The position numbers were made by a program, and so were the translations under genes. From the NCBI GenBank assembly GCA_012295275.1, contig CM022665.1, positions 21,204,001-21,268,000 on the forward strand: DNA of 64,000 nucleotides, written 5' to 3'. Source of the stretch: Chrysomallon squamiferum. Its lineage: Eukaryota; Animalia; Mollusca. Positions 1-14,182 of this stretch are shown in pieces. How positions within the stretch are numbered: position 1 is the first letter of the stretch; the number at the start of each line of letters is the position of its first letter. The notes beneath the pieces are model-generated. The model saw only the letters and a list, made by a program, of their open reading frames with translations, had not been told where the DNA came from and made no database searches.

Positions 1-761
1 ATTTCAGAAAGTTCACAAGAATAAAAACAAATATAAAGTGAATAAATAAATAAAAATATACATCTCCGAGAAACATTTCTACGTCCATTATTAAATGTAG
101 CAAGCCTAGAGTTAAAACACTTTCCCCGATTAAGCTAATATATCTGTGAAAAAAAAAAAAAAAAAAATGTTCATTAATATATCAAAGTTAAAAAGGCGCC
201 TCCCTAGGGCCCATCTTTCTCAGTTTGTCTTTGCAAAAGGTACAGGCTGTAACAACATTAAGAACAGTAAAAGTCGTGTCATAAATCAAGATGGCGAATT
301 CTCCAGCGTCAGCTAGCGAAGGCAAACACTCGTGATTGATGACGTTGTCGAGAAAGAGACAAATTCATCTACAGTCATTTGTTCATTGACAGCCCGTTCT
401 TTTGAAACACGTCACAGTCATTGTGTACACGTCACGGCTAAACACTGAACAGACAGCCGAAGATTAATCGTGTCTCTTTGTCTCCGGACAATTAGGAACG
501 TGGTAACACCGCAGTCAGCACAAATAGGATATTCTATAAAACAGATCAAAGCTTTTGTTTCTAATTTTTTTTGTTTTTTTTTTGTTAAACATATCTGCAC
601 TTTTTTCTAGATTTTCTGTCTGGCACTTATACGGTGACTTCAGTAAACTGAAATTTAATAACAGAATTGTTTCTGAATTGTTCCACAGTAGTGAACTAAA
701 GAGTCACTGGATCGAACCATCTCAGTTCCATCACTGAACTATTTGTAATTTTAGCTGGTTT

Positions 762-762
<1 letters not shown>

Positions 763-836
<74 letters not shown>
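763..836. repeat. (AG)n microsatellite
   Basis: Direct inspection. Confidence 0.98.
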
Positions 837-838
<2 letters not shown>

Positions 839-3800
839 AATGCTGAAAGGTAAAAACATGCATACTTTTATTTGGCAATTTATTATTATTATATAAATCG
901 GTTTATTCATTTTCAACCTTCTTTTATTTTTAATTTTTAATTTAAAAAAAAAAAAATTCTTAAATTTTTTTTTCTTAACATTTTTGTTTCAGTTATATGT
1001 TTTAAAAAGATCATATAGAAGGTTATTTTATTCCGCTGATATATAGAACACACGTACTTAGTACACTTGTTTTTTGTTTCCAGTTTTAAACTTATAAACA
1101 ATGTTTGACGCACAGACAATGTTAAGAATCTGGTGCAGAGTGTATTGGACCTGCAGTAACACAACCAACGAACTTATGTTATGGTTTCTGAAAAAATACC
1201 AGAGGTGAAGTGTATTTCCCAAGGGTGGTGCCCTGTACCTGGGTGACAGGGGGAGTAGGTCAGGTAAAGTTTACCTGACTTTTTCGACCTCGTGTTTTAC
1301 AAGACGGCAAATATTACACGATTCACATACGTCAGTTGAAAACAAATTGTCAGTTCTTGTCAGTATCTATGTACTAACTGTGAAGTAACTATGAAGAAGT
1401 TTTTTATTTTAATAATGATGACGATGACAACGATGATGATAAAATAATAATAATAATAATAAGAATAAGAAGAATAATAATAAGAAGAAGAAGAAGAAGA
1501 ATAAGAAGAAGAAGAAGAAGAACTCCCACGAAAGCAACAGAACCCTTTAAATTGTATATGGCTATTTAACCGTATCAAGACAGACAAACAAACTAAATAT
1601 ATAAATAAATAAATAAATGTCCCTAACTTAAAATCTTGGAAAAAAAAAAAAAAAAAAGAACTCCAAAAAACAAACAAAGAAAACAAAATAACAAACAAAC
1701 AATCAATTTATAATAATTAGTATTTTAAAGAAAAAAACCTAACCTACAAGAAACGCATGCCAAAAGAAAACCAAGGCGTCAGTTTAAGAAGATGAAAGAC
1801 TCAAAAGGTAGCCATAATAGAAAAAAAAAAAAGTAAAAGAAAATCGAAGAGAAAATTTTTTATCATTTAATTTCCAGGCTTTTAGTCAACTCAAAACAAA
1901 TTAGTTTTCTTTTCAACTCCCGTTTCCTCCATTTAAGTGAAAAATAAATACATGAATAAAAATAGAACGAGAGAAGGTAAACTTCTTTATCTATCACCTA
2001 ACTGTACTTTCTAAAAGAGCAGTTGAAAAGAAATTGATTTTTGTCGTTTCTTTTCTACTCCATCAGCGATTACTTCCCCTGCCTACGATGCTATATTTAC
2101 TCTGAGATTGCGCAGAGAGGCCGCTGCCATTGCTAATCCAGAAATCAAAGACATACCTTCCATTCGTCAATATTAGATCGTCCTTTCGCAGAGCCGCAAG
2201 GGTAAAGGTCTTTTGTTAAAAATCCAAAACATCGCAGAAATAACGTCTTTGTCAATATTCATCGCTTACCATGAAATCTGCCTGCTAGCCTCTTTTACGT
2301 TCAGCCAGAACTTCCGGTGATGTCATTGGCGGGATCAGATCTCGGGAATTTCGCGTTGCTAGTAATAACAGACATCAACTATTTAAAGTAATCTCTTTTT
2401 TTTCACCTCTCGTAAACATCCGTTTTTGGCAATATCCAGATTTGTTGTTTGTCTGTTGTTAAGACTGGAGTCAGTTTGGACAAGTAATGAATTACGATCC
2501 ATGTACGTGGTCCTATGTTATAAATAGATAGCTGTGGTATATTAATACAAGTAAGATATATATATATATACATATATATACGCGAAGATGAAATATCAGT
2601 AATATGAATATATAGGCAGAAATTCAACCAACGAACTTATAAACGGCAAATGTATTTGTTTACATACATTTGTGTATTCATGTATTCATATTTGATTATT
2701 GTATTACACACACAAAATATACAAACATATTACATACACATACATACATACGTACAAACTTCTAGATGAAAATTTGGATGGATTAATGGATATTTTTATT
2801 CGTTAAACATAAAATAAAAAATTACAATACTTGACTATTACAAAATATAAAGAAGATAAATTAGTATTAAAACTGTTAGTAGTAGATCCTCAAAAATGTG
2901 TTCAATAATAATAATAATAATAATAATAAAAATAAACGCTACGTTAACTTTTCTGATGACATTTCTCTCAGGGTAGATAATTGGGTGACACGGGTGGATT
3001 CAATTTAACTATCAATTTAACAAAAATGTGTCTCGAGTTACACGCAGGAGTCATACGGTCATGTGACTGTTTCAACTCTTCGCGCTTTGTTTATGAAACC
3101 TGTCCCTTCCAATTACACGAGGACACACGAGATCCTAATGAAGAAATATTTCTGAAAACTAAATAAACCAAAACATCTCCTCACAATAAAACGACAACAT
3201 CAAATCTACCAGTGCTAGTTACCGGCTTTGCAAAACATTCCCTTAAAACGTTCTTTTCTTTCAGTCGATTCAGTATTTGAAAACTGAGTCTCGCCTTTCT
3301 GTTCAAATAGATTATTTGACCTGCTGACCAGTGGTCAAGGGTCCACGCCTACTCCACGAAAGCAGCTTGAAGGAAGTGCAGTGGGGGACAATTAGCTTTT
3401 GTTTCTTTACAAAAATTCTTGTTATCTGTCCGCGCTGGTTTCATTGTCTCAGGCGCCCGAATTCATCCCGTGCCCAGGGCATTCCACCATCACGACAACA
3501 CTGACGATTGTCGTATATTTGTTTGGTTTGTGTGCCCACGCTGACCACGTGTCCGTCGTCGATGTGGCAGGTAAATTGTCATATTGTGTCTCGGGCTTAA
3601 TCGACAGGTTATGATGTCTTAATTGTTGTTGAAAACAAACAGAAGCTTTTTGTGTTAGACGTTTACAGCAAACTCGGTACCTTTCTGGCCATCGAGAGTT
3701 GGGATGTCAACAAAGCAATCAGTATACACAATAGTAAAAGCCTTTAAGCTTATTTACTCTGAGTTTGCACTGTTTAAACTGTTTTGTTTGGGCGCACACT

Positions 3801-3841
3801 CTTGTCACTCAGTTGTAGAAAGTATCTCTAGCGACGTCGAT

Positions 3842-3975
3842 AACTATTGATGCCGTTACTATTACCTGCTGATGCTGTTACTGTTATCTGTTGATACTAT
3901 TACCGACTGATGCTGTTACTCTTATTTATTGATACTTTTACTATTATCGGTTGAAGCTGTTACTTTTATTTATTA
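3842..3975. repeat. About 21-bp degenerate tandem repeat (TTGATGCTGTTACTATTATCT)
   Basis: Direct inspection, about 6 copies. Confidence 0.75.
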
Positions 3976-5468
3976 GTATTATTATTATAATATGTATTAA
4001 TATTTTGTTTTAAAGTAATTAAAAAAATATAATAATAAAATACTTTGAATGGCAACCGATTAAGTCAGTAGAATTTCATAAATTCTTCGTTAATTTATTA
4101 ATTATGTTCCTAGATAGCAATAACAGAAATAGAGACAGTAAATCAAGACCACTGTAATAAAAAGTGACTGTTTGACCACTGGCCTGGAGATAACATAATA
4201 AACTGTTTGTACTGAATAGTGATGACTGTTTTTAAATACACATTTAAGAAATAAATAAATATTTAAATTAATGACCCCACAACACATTTTAATATTGAGA
4301 TCAGACGTCGTACGTGTAGTTTTATGTAAACCTAGAATATATAAAATCCAGAAAAGACAGGAAACCAGTCTACGATTGACAACAAGAGATCTTTTACGCG
4401 TGGAGTTAGAGAAGCAGACTACGATCTGTGAATAAACCTGGAGTAAACTGGTGCAGGGAACTCACCGCAGCAGTAAGAACGAGTTTATACTCTCAACAGA
4501 CTACAGTGATTTTTATTACATTAAATTGCTGGAAGGGGGGGGGTATTATTATTTTTTTTTTTTTTTTTTTTTTTAGTGCACATATGAGTCAGTGTGCATC
4601 TGAGTGATTTAGAAAGAAGTGGCTTTAGTGATTTTTTTTATAATAATAATTATTATTATTATTATTTTTTTTTTTTTGACTGTTGTTTCTTGTTTTTATA
4701 TTATTCTTTTTCCTTTTTGTCAATTTTTCTTTTCGCGTATCATATTTTATTTTTGTTGTTTGTTATGTTTTTAAATGTTCTTTTTTACTTCATTTTATTG
4801 CATATTTTGCTTCGTTTTGTTTGTTTTTTTTTTTTTTTTTTTTAATTTCTTTTATTTTCATTATTACTATTTTTATTACTGTTATTGTTGCTGTTGTTTT
4901 TCCTTTATTGTTGCTGTTGGTACTTCAAACAGCGCTGAAAATTTCTTTTTTTATTGTATTGCTCATTTGCCACAGTATTTTTTATTTATTTAAACTTCAT
5001 TGCCAAGAGGTGTGATATATTTCGATTTTACAGCTTTTTAATCCACGTTATGTCTCATTTTAATACTCTTATATTGTCGTAACGTCCCAGTCTGTTTCGT
5101 CATGCGGACATGAAAAACACGACGCGTTTCACGGCATTAAACGATTACACTTTGCTATTATTGTTTATTTTCTGTTGACTCTTGGATGCACATGAATGAA
5201 CGCTGTAGCGATCGCCCAGTCAATATGGTTAGCATCTGACAACGATCGGTGGAGCGAAACCAAGTGTCATACTTTCTAAACATGTCAAAAATTATGCACC
5301 GACTGACACTTCCGTAAGAGGTCACACTCCATAGTTTTCTTTCACTTCTTCTTCTTATGGATTTTTGCATACAGCGTTTTAAGCGCTGATTAATTTTCGT
5401 ACCATATATTTAACGGACTCTCCAATGTAGGAACTTTGCCCCTCCCTTGATGAATTAAAAAGAGTGTA

Positions 5469-5499
<31 letters not shown>

Positions 5500-5588
5500 C
5501 TCTCTGTCTCGCTAGCTCGCTCTCTTTGTCAGTTTCTCTTATCGTGTATCTCTCTGTATATCTGTATACATCTCTCTCAGTAATTCTG

Positions 5589-5675
<87 letters not shown>

Positions 5676-5823
5676 TAATGATAATAATAATGGTGGTGGT
5701 AGTAGTAGTAGTAGTAGTAATAATAATAATAATAGTAATAGTGGTAGTAGTAATAGCAGCAGTAGTAGTAGTAGTACTAGTAATAGTAGTAGTAGAAGTA
5801 GAAGACGTAGTAGTAGTAGTAAT
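5469..5823. repeat. Compound (CT)n and (TAG/TAA)n microsatellite block
   Basis: Direct inspection. Confidence 0.95.
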
Positions 5824-6130
5824 AAAATGAAGTTATATTTCTGAAATATCGGAATTGCTCGACATTGCTAGAGGATGTGTAGCCAACAAACTCGTGTTTT
5901 ATTTATTGTGACAAGAACTCAAACACGATAAAAATTTATTTTCTGTTTCCTATATACACCTACACGTGCATTTGTACCACTTATTTGATAGGACTATGAC
6001 AGAGTTTTTTTGGTGTTTTTACACTAATTAATAAAAAGAAAGTTTTATCTAATATGTCCGTTGTAGTACTTTTTTTTTTTTTTTTTTCTATTTTTGTTGT
6101 TGTTGCTTTCTTTTTGTTTATTTGGTTTTG

Positions 6131-6165
<35 letters not shown>

Positions 6166-6319
6166 GTGTTTTCTAAAATTAAGTAATTTTTTTATTTCAT
6201 ACTGCTTCGATTGCTTTTTATATTTTGTTAGATGGATCAAAAATAGAATACGCCTTTCAGATAAAAATTTTAAAAAAGATAAAAATGAAACTACTCTGTA
6301 CATTTATTAATTAACATTT

Positions 6320-6358
<39 letters not shown>

Positions 6359-8182
6359 TTTTTGATTGTCATGTCAAAACATTTATCTGATAAACCGTCT
6401 GATCCACAGTCGCCTCCTTTGACAAGATCTTCAAAGAAGATAAAAAAAAAAAAAAAAAAAAAAAATGTGTGCGGGTACGTTTGCAGTCATTAACAGCCGA
6501 TAGTGTATGGAACACATTTAATATTGTTAGATGTTTTGTGTTTTTATAAATTTATAGCAGGTTCAGTTTGTTATCTTAACACAAACACGACATATGTTTA
6601 ATTTAGCATAACAAACAAAATAAAGAGGAAATTAACGTTACTGCGTTTCACGAATCATTCTTCCGTTTCTATCAAACAGTTATTACCGACTGACTGGTTT
6701 CAAATTGCACAACAGTGGTCTCAGTTTTAACTCCGATCTAAAGCGAAGAAATGTACAAAAATAGTTTTATTGTAGCGAAAGATAGCAGTTACGTTACTGA
6801 ACGAAGTATAGACGCTAGGAATGGATTTACGCATACTATTTTGTATCAAACATACAGCAGCTTAGGGTCTCTCTCTGTGGAAATGGGCACACGTTTTACA
6901 ACTTCATTATGGCCTGAGAATAAATGTCTGTTCTGTCCAACCAATCTGGACCTAGCAGAGCCAAAATTCACATCTTTCATGCACATAATTATTAATTAAC
7001 AAACATAACCTGTACAAGTTAGAAAACCACTAGATTTAAATCCAGCAGAGTTCCTCATCTGACGTGAAACATAAGGGAAAAATTTGAACCACTAATTACA
7101 GCATGAATATCATCATGATCATCATCTTATTATCATCTTCGTCATCACTGTTATTATTACAGCATCATCAACACTATCACCACTCGTATTGTGATCAGTA
7201 GTGATAGTAGTTCTGACTTGTAGCAGTAGTAGTCGTCGTTGTGGTAATCGTAGTCCCAGCTTTAGTAGTAGTAGCAGCAGATGCAGTAGTAATAGTAGAA
7301 GTAGCAGTAGTAGTAGTAGTAAAGGTAGTATTAGTATTTTTAATTTTCCTTCTTTTTAAATTTCTTTCAAACTGACATAAATACATATATATAACAATGT
7401 AAAGAAAAATATCTGCTGTCTTAATTACTCAAATACGATTATTACAGGACATTAAAATCTTTATTTCAAAAATCTGAACTTCAAAACGATTTTTTTCTTC
7501 TTCTTTTTTTTTTTTTTTTCTTTTCCTTTTTTTTTTTTCTTTTCCTTTTTTAATTTAATTTTTTTTTTTTCCCATGTATTTTTGCAGGTGTACATTAAAT
7601 TGCCACATACAAAGATTCCTTATAAATAAAATTTGATACATTTTCTTTATAACGTTATCATTTTGATAAGCCGTCCATGAATAGATTGTTCCATTGTCTG
7701 CAGTCCACCTGCACACTTGAAACAAATAAGGACGTAATACGTTTCCTTGCATGACGGGTAGGTTACACAGACGTCGCAGACCTTTCCCACCCCAGCTACG
7801 ACATCGTACACTTTATATGTCTCCGTGCATGCAAACAGAAGGAATAAGATCCTGATACGAGAGATAAAGTGTTGCCAAAAAAGACACAAATTGTAACGCT
7901 CTGCAGAACAACTACCACGACGGCATTGTTTATTAAGCAGACGATAAAAGCACCCAGTTGAGCGTGAAAATGCCGCCATTCAGGGTAATCCTGAAGCCCA
8001 ATTATTTAGCACGATATATAAATCTGTTTGACCTAAGATCAAAAAATGATACCTAGTATACGTTTTTATAGCTTTATTTTTTTCCTTCTTTTATTTCTTC
8101 TTAATTTTTATATACATATATATTTTTATTTATTAATTTTATTTTATTTTATTTTATTTTATTTTATTTTATTTTATTTTTA

Positions 8183-8234
<52 letters not shown>

Positions 8235-8519
8235 TTATTTTATTTTTTTCTGTTTTGTTGTTTTGGGGAGATTTTTAGTTGTTTTTTGGTTTTGTAAATG
8301 TACTTGTGTGTTTCCATAAATTTGACATTGTATTTTTTTGTTATAAACAAATACAACAGAAACAATTAAAGATTTAAAACATGAAGAAATATGACTTACA
8401 GGACTGAAAAGTTGATTATTTCAGGTTGATCCACAAAAAGAAGAAGAAGAAGAAGCAGAAAGAAATAGCAAATAAAATATTCAACATTATTTTATATCTG
8501 CATGTTTGTATTTGATTTG

Positions 8520-8564
<45 letters not shown>

Positions 8565-8575
8565 AAGGTAGATAC

Positions 8576-8841
8576 GTATGCTTATGTATGTATCTATGTA
8601 TGAATGTATGTATGTGTATATGTATGTGTGTATGTATGTGTGTGTGTATGTATGTGTGTATATATGTGTGTATGTATGTGTATATGTATGTGTATATGTA
8701 TGTGTATATGTATGTATGTATGTATGTGTGTATGTATGTATATATGTATATATGTATGTATGAATGTATGTATGTGTGTATGTATGTATCTATGTATGTG
8801 TGTATGTATGTGTGTATGTATGTATGTATGTATGTATGTAT
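8576..8841. repeat. (TATG/TGTG)n compound microsatellite
   Basis: Direct inspection. Explains the MYVC/HIHT ORFs in the track. Confidence 0.95.
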
Positions 8842-9300
8842 TCAGAAGTGTATATACGTGCAATAACACATTCACAAAGGTTCCATGTCCTTGAATACTT
8901 ACATATATTGTAAGTTTATCAGTATCTAAATGAGTGCGTGCATGCGTGTATCAGTGTGTATCCAATATTTAAATCTAACACACACGTGTCACATCTCAGT
9001 GTGTGAACGTGCATTAATCTACAAGGATGTGTATTGTTTGTTCAGTTTCCGTTACTTCCCGAGACTGTGATGTGAATGTACGAAGAGTGGGCTTCAGTAG
9101 AAATGATTCTAACTTCGTGTTACGTATTCAAACACTATTAGCATTCAAATCACATTCTGCGTAAAACTGAAAGGACGCGGATGTGCGTCCTTCTCTTTTA
9201 ATCAAAATATTGACTGTTTGTGTTTAATAATAATGATAATATGATCATTAGCAAGTGCGTGCACATAGGTTTGATCTACATATTAGCACCTTCATATAAT

Positions 9301-9306
<6 letters not shown>

Positions 9307-9362
<56 letters not shown>

Positions 9363-9369
9363 TGTGTGT
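9307..9369. repeat. (TG)n microsatellite
   Basis: Direct inspection. Confidence 0.97.
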
Positions 9370-9744
9370 GGATAGATAGATATGTATACAAAATATAATT
9401 TTTAGACAAGAAATAAATGAAACAATAATTTCTTAGTATATATATACAATATATTTAGATTACTACGATTTTTTTTGATTTTTTTTTTTTGGTCAGTACA
9501 TACCAAGATATTTGGTAATAATATTTTTACAAAAGGTTCGTTCAAAAGAACAAACAAATATTAAAGTATATCGAAAATGCTCGAATATATTATCATTCGC
9601 CTTAGGCAGCCATTACACCATTTCATCAACTCCCCGCCCCCATTCCTTCGCTCCCTTTCTTGTCCTTCAGAAGATGAAAACATTTTATGAGGCAGAAATT
9701 TCATACATGTCATCATTATTTATAACCGGTTTTATTTACCTTGA

Positions 9745-9781
<37 letters not shown>

Positions 9782-10224
9782 ATTATTTCAATATTTAATT
9801 TCCTCTCTCTATACAGACTGAGTTCACGGATGTTACATTTCAGCGTATCAGTTTGCGGACTTAATCCGCGGGAAACATGATCAGCTATTACTGTCCACTC
9901 GACCCAAACACATTAAATATTCTCTCTGGATTTTGTGACCGTGCGAACGATGTAATATAAAGGGTGTGGGTAATTTCACGTAATCCCCCCCTCCTCGTAT
10001 AAAATTAAGTCACGTGACGTAGCGGATTCAAGAGGAAATAATTGCTGTCTGGAAGGAACGTAAAATTAACAGCAATAAATTCTGGCGTTCATGCTCTGAT
10101 TCTATTTTTTAGTCTTACGGTTTCGTTGACATTGTTGTTGTTGTTGTTGTTTTTCTGTATGGCACAAAGTTATATTGTTTTTTCTTTTTAATGTATCAAA
10201 GAAATGTTCACCATCAGCCTATTT

Positions 10225-10282
<58 letters not shown>

Positions 10283-10366
10283 ATTGTTGTTGTTGTTGTT
10301 GTTGTTATTATTATTATGATTATTGAATCTTTTAATAATTTCCTATTTTACATTCATATATATATG

Positions 10367-10397
<31 letters not shown>

Positions 10398-13317
10398 AGA
10401 AAAGGAAATTGACATAATTTTAGCAGGAATATATTTATTTTATTTTATTTTATTTTATTATAATTATTATTATTATTATTATTTTTATTTTTATTTTTAT
10501 TATTATTATTAATCCTAAAGTGTTAAACAAAACAAACATTAAAAAAAGAAAAAAAAAAAAGAAAAAAAAAGAGAGAAAGAAAATGAAGGCTGAAATAAAG
10601 ATTATTTCCTACTTCGTGACGTTTGGGTCGTCGTCCACGTGACATAAAGTTGAAAAACGGGTCACACTAGTTCCTCCAGCAACACGAATCAGGAAATTCT
10701 TAATAACTGCAGATAATTAATTGTTTTATAGACGGCTTGCGGTGTGTTGTGATAAATACGTTACCAGAGTCAAAGATTAAATGAATCATCAGCCTTTTAG
10801 TTTTTGAAGTCACATTTCTAAGCAAATATTAGATATGGTTTATGAACTGTTAACTACGTGTATATTTTCAATGACATTTCGCCGTATTTTAATGTAGTTA
10901 TTATTTATCTGTCAAGCTATTATAGTATTTATTATTTTTTCAGTTTTGTATGTATCAATATCCTGGCTGATCATTAGTTTTCCTGATTTTATATAAACAA
11001 ATAAAAAAATGACTTTTTAAAATGACAGTTCGCCGCATTTTAATATAGTTGTTATTTAATTATTCTATTCATTTGTTTATATTTCTTTCTGCTTTATTAT
11101 TATATTTTATTCTATTATTTATTTATTTATTATTATTATTATTATTATTCTTATTATTATTAGTTTGACGTGAATGCCTTTTTCTTTTTAACTGTTGTTG
11201 TTGTAGCTTTTAATACTAGAGGAGAAATCAGCTAATACACTTCAAGGTCACATTTATCAAATATTAAACATTGACAAAACAGTCACAAGACACACTGTAC
11301 AAACCATGTATCGTTACAGAGCTTTGATCCTACAACCAATGACCTTTCGCCACAAAGCTTCAGCCGGTTCCTTTTAGCCATACTTGCACTACCACAGTAT
11401 TTCAGTATTCATGTCTAATGAAACTAACCCGCAGAAAACAACCGCGCGTACTAAAGCGGATTACCAGAATCAATATTCAATTACATCCCCTTTGTGGGGG
11501 CGTTGATCGTACAGCCCAACTACTATCGCTAAATGAAAATGGAACTTAATTAAATAATTGATATATCGAATTATTTCTGTCAGCTTTTTTAAAAAATGTA
11601 TTTATTTATTTTTATTTTTGTTAAGATTAAGTTAACTCATTATTGTGTTTGTATAGTTATTAACGTTTCACTATGTAATGGTGTAATACTATTTGTAAAT
11701 TCGACGTTCCTAAATTTTAATTATCTTTGTGTGGTATTTATTAATAGCAATACATTTAAACCAGATACTCTCACTCCATATATATTTATTTTTTCTTCTT
11801 CTTCTTCTGTTACTTATTTTCTTTAGTAATCTTTAGATATCTGAGAATAAAATATTAAAAAAAAAAAAAAATTAATAATAATGCATTTTTCTTTTTCTTC
11901 TATTATTAGTATTATTAATTGTTATTATATTATCAGATGTCTATATAAAGATTACTAAACGAAATAAACTAAAAATATGGATCAACTAGGTCCTTGAAGA
12001 ATAATTAAACAGAAAAAGCATAAAAAATTTAAAATGTCTTTATTCCTTTTTGTTCGACACATTTCGTGTACACTCTTCATTTGTTTTTCGTGCTTATTCG
12101 ACATTTTGCTCTCCCGCTGAAATCTGAAGCCACTGTTTCCCATCAGTAGATTTTTGGATTGAAGTACTGCAGCTAATTAATTATTGATTGTTAATAATTA
12201 ACGTTAATTAATTGGAAGTGAAATGGATTTACAACTAATTCTAACCAACAACCAGGGTCATTCCGTGCTACGCTTAATGGCACATTAATGAAGGTTAATC
12301 AGTGTATTCCGTTAAACAGTCTCATACGATAGTTTACAAATTCAATTTTATTTCTTCTTACATTTATTTTGTGTTTTTTGTTGTTTGTTTGTATATGTAC
12401 GTGTCGGGTTTGTGTCTTTTTTTCTTCTTTTTTTTTAACAGAAGAAAAGTATTCTTTAAATCACTGAATATCTATCTATCTATATATCTATATATACATA
12501 TATACATACATACACACATATATGTATGTCTGTACATACACATACACTGCTATTGCATAAAAAAAATAAAAATATGGATTATAATTTACTTTTTAATTAT
12601 ATATACTAATATGTTCAAAACAGCGCAGCTAAATTTAGAAAACTTAATAATAATAATAATAATAATAAAAACGATCACGATGAAGATAAAGGTGGTATAT
12701 TTAAGTAAAATAAATAAAATAAATATAATAAAATATAATTCAATTAAATTTAAAAAAAAATTAAATAAAAATCATGTTTATACATTTATTTAGAAGCACT
12801 TTCAAGCGACTCTGTACAACAGCAAAATAACAAGAAGAAAAAATATTTTACCATCGTGCGCTGAAACTTCTCACCAGGTGACCACTTAATAAGGTATGTT
12901 TCAGAAAGAAAGAAAATAATAATTGCAAAACAAACAAAAACACAAAAACACAAACAAAACCATCACGTGAAAGCATCGGCTAAATAATAGGTGGACAGAT
13001 GTACATATGTGAGATAAATAATAGATAACTGTATCTTTTGTGTGAGGAAAACAATTCGGCTACGATCGCATGTGTCAGAGATCGAATTCGAGCGATTAAT
13101 TCAGTACGCCGAGCAAGAATCAGTTCTATAATTGAATAAACAACGTAATGACGTGGATGTGTAGATGCACACAATAGTTGTTCTGTGATGCACATCGGTA
13201 TCCACGTTTACATCGCTGTGGTAGTACTCGCTGAACTCGTGAAAGCACAATAGTTTAATTATATCTCGTTTCAAGCAGTTATTTGTTAGAATTCCTTCAT
13301 TATGGTATTCTTCATAA

Positions 13318-13369
<52 letters not shown>

Positions 13370-14182
13370 GACATTAACTTTGTTAATCACACTGTTATAC
13401 TGAACGGTTACAGAGGGAATAGTGATGAAGTCTGGGAGAATACTAATAACAGCTGATAGTATATAGATATTTTTTAATCTTTGTGTGCGTGCGTGTGATA
13501 CTACATTTAGATCTTAGCCAAATGATGAGAAAGCAATTGAATGAACGTGTGATAACATTTTAATACATGGATGTGTGTGTATAATTATGTATGTATGCAT
13601 GTATGTTTAAAATATAATTCACATATACTTGACTACTAATATATAAATTACTACTCACATAAGTATACTAATCAACTCATTTTTGTGTTCCCATACTTGT
13701 TGTCTCATCTACACTTTTCTGTCCAAACCTCATTTATTCTAACATTCTTCAAATATATGTCGTTATTACTTTTGCAGATAAACACAGAGGCACAAACGCA
13801 CACACACACATACACACCAATCACCTACATAGATTTAGTTATCTAAATAAGGGAAGTAACTAGAAAACATTAACCATTAATCCTATAAGAATTGTGTCCC
13901 TGTCCACTATTTCATTTATATTGATGTTTCTTTCTCTCATGAAATATATTTTAAAATCATCACTGGAAAATCACTAACAATATTAGTTTATTTGCTGGAT
14001 TTTTTTACCAAGTTCACAAACATGGGCATTAATTATTTATTAATTTTTGTTTTGATATTTTCAGTAACAATAAACCATGCAAACAATATTCTACATTATG
14101 ATTATTTATTTATTTATTTTGAATTTTTAATTCTGTTATTTTCAAGAACAGCAAAACATACAAACTATACATAATGTATTTG

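Noticed and set aside
7647-7979. 110-aa minus-strand ORF in a higher-GC island (also 3399-3614, 5158-5370, 12980-13195)
   Set aside because: No recognisable homology and no consistent exon chain. Better explained as non-coding regulatory islands.
8525-8894. MYVC/HIHT repeat ORFs, and similar poly-I/L/Y/F ORFs across the window
   Set aside because: Translations of microsatellites and AT-rich low-complexity DNA.
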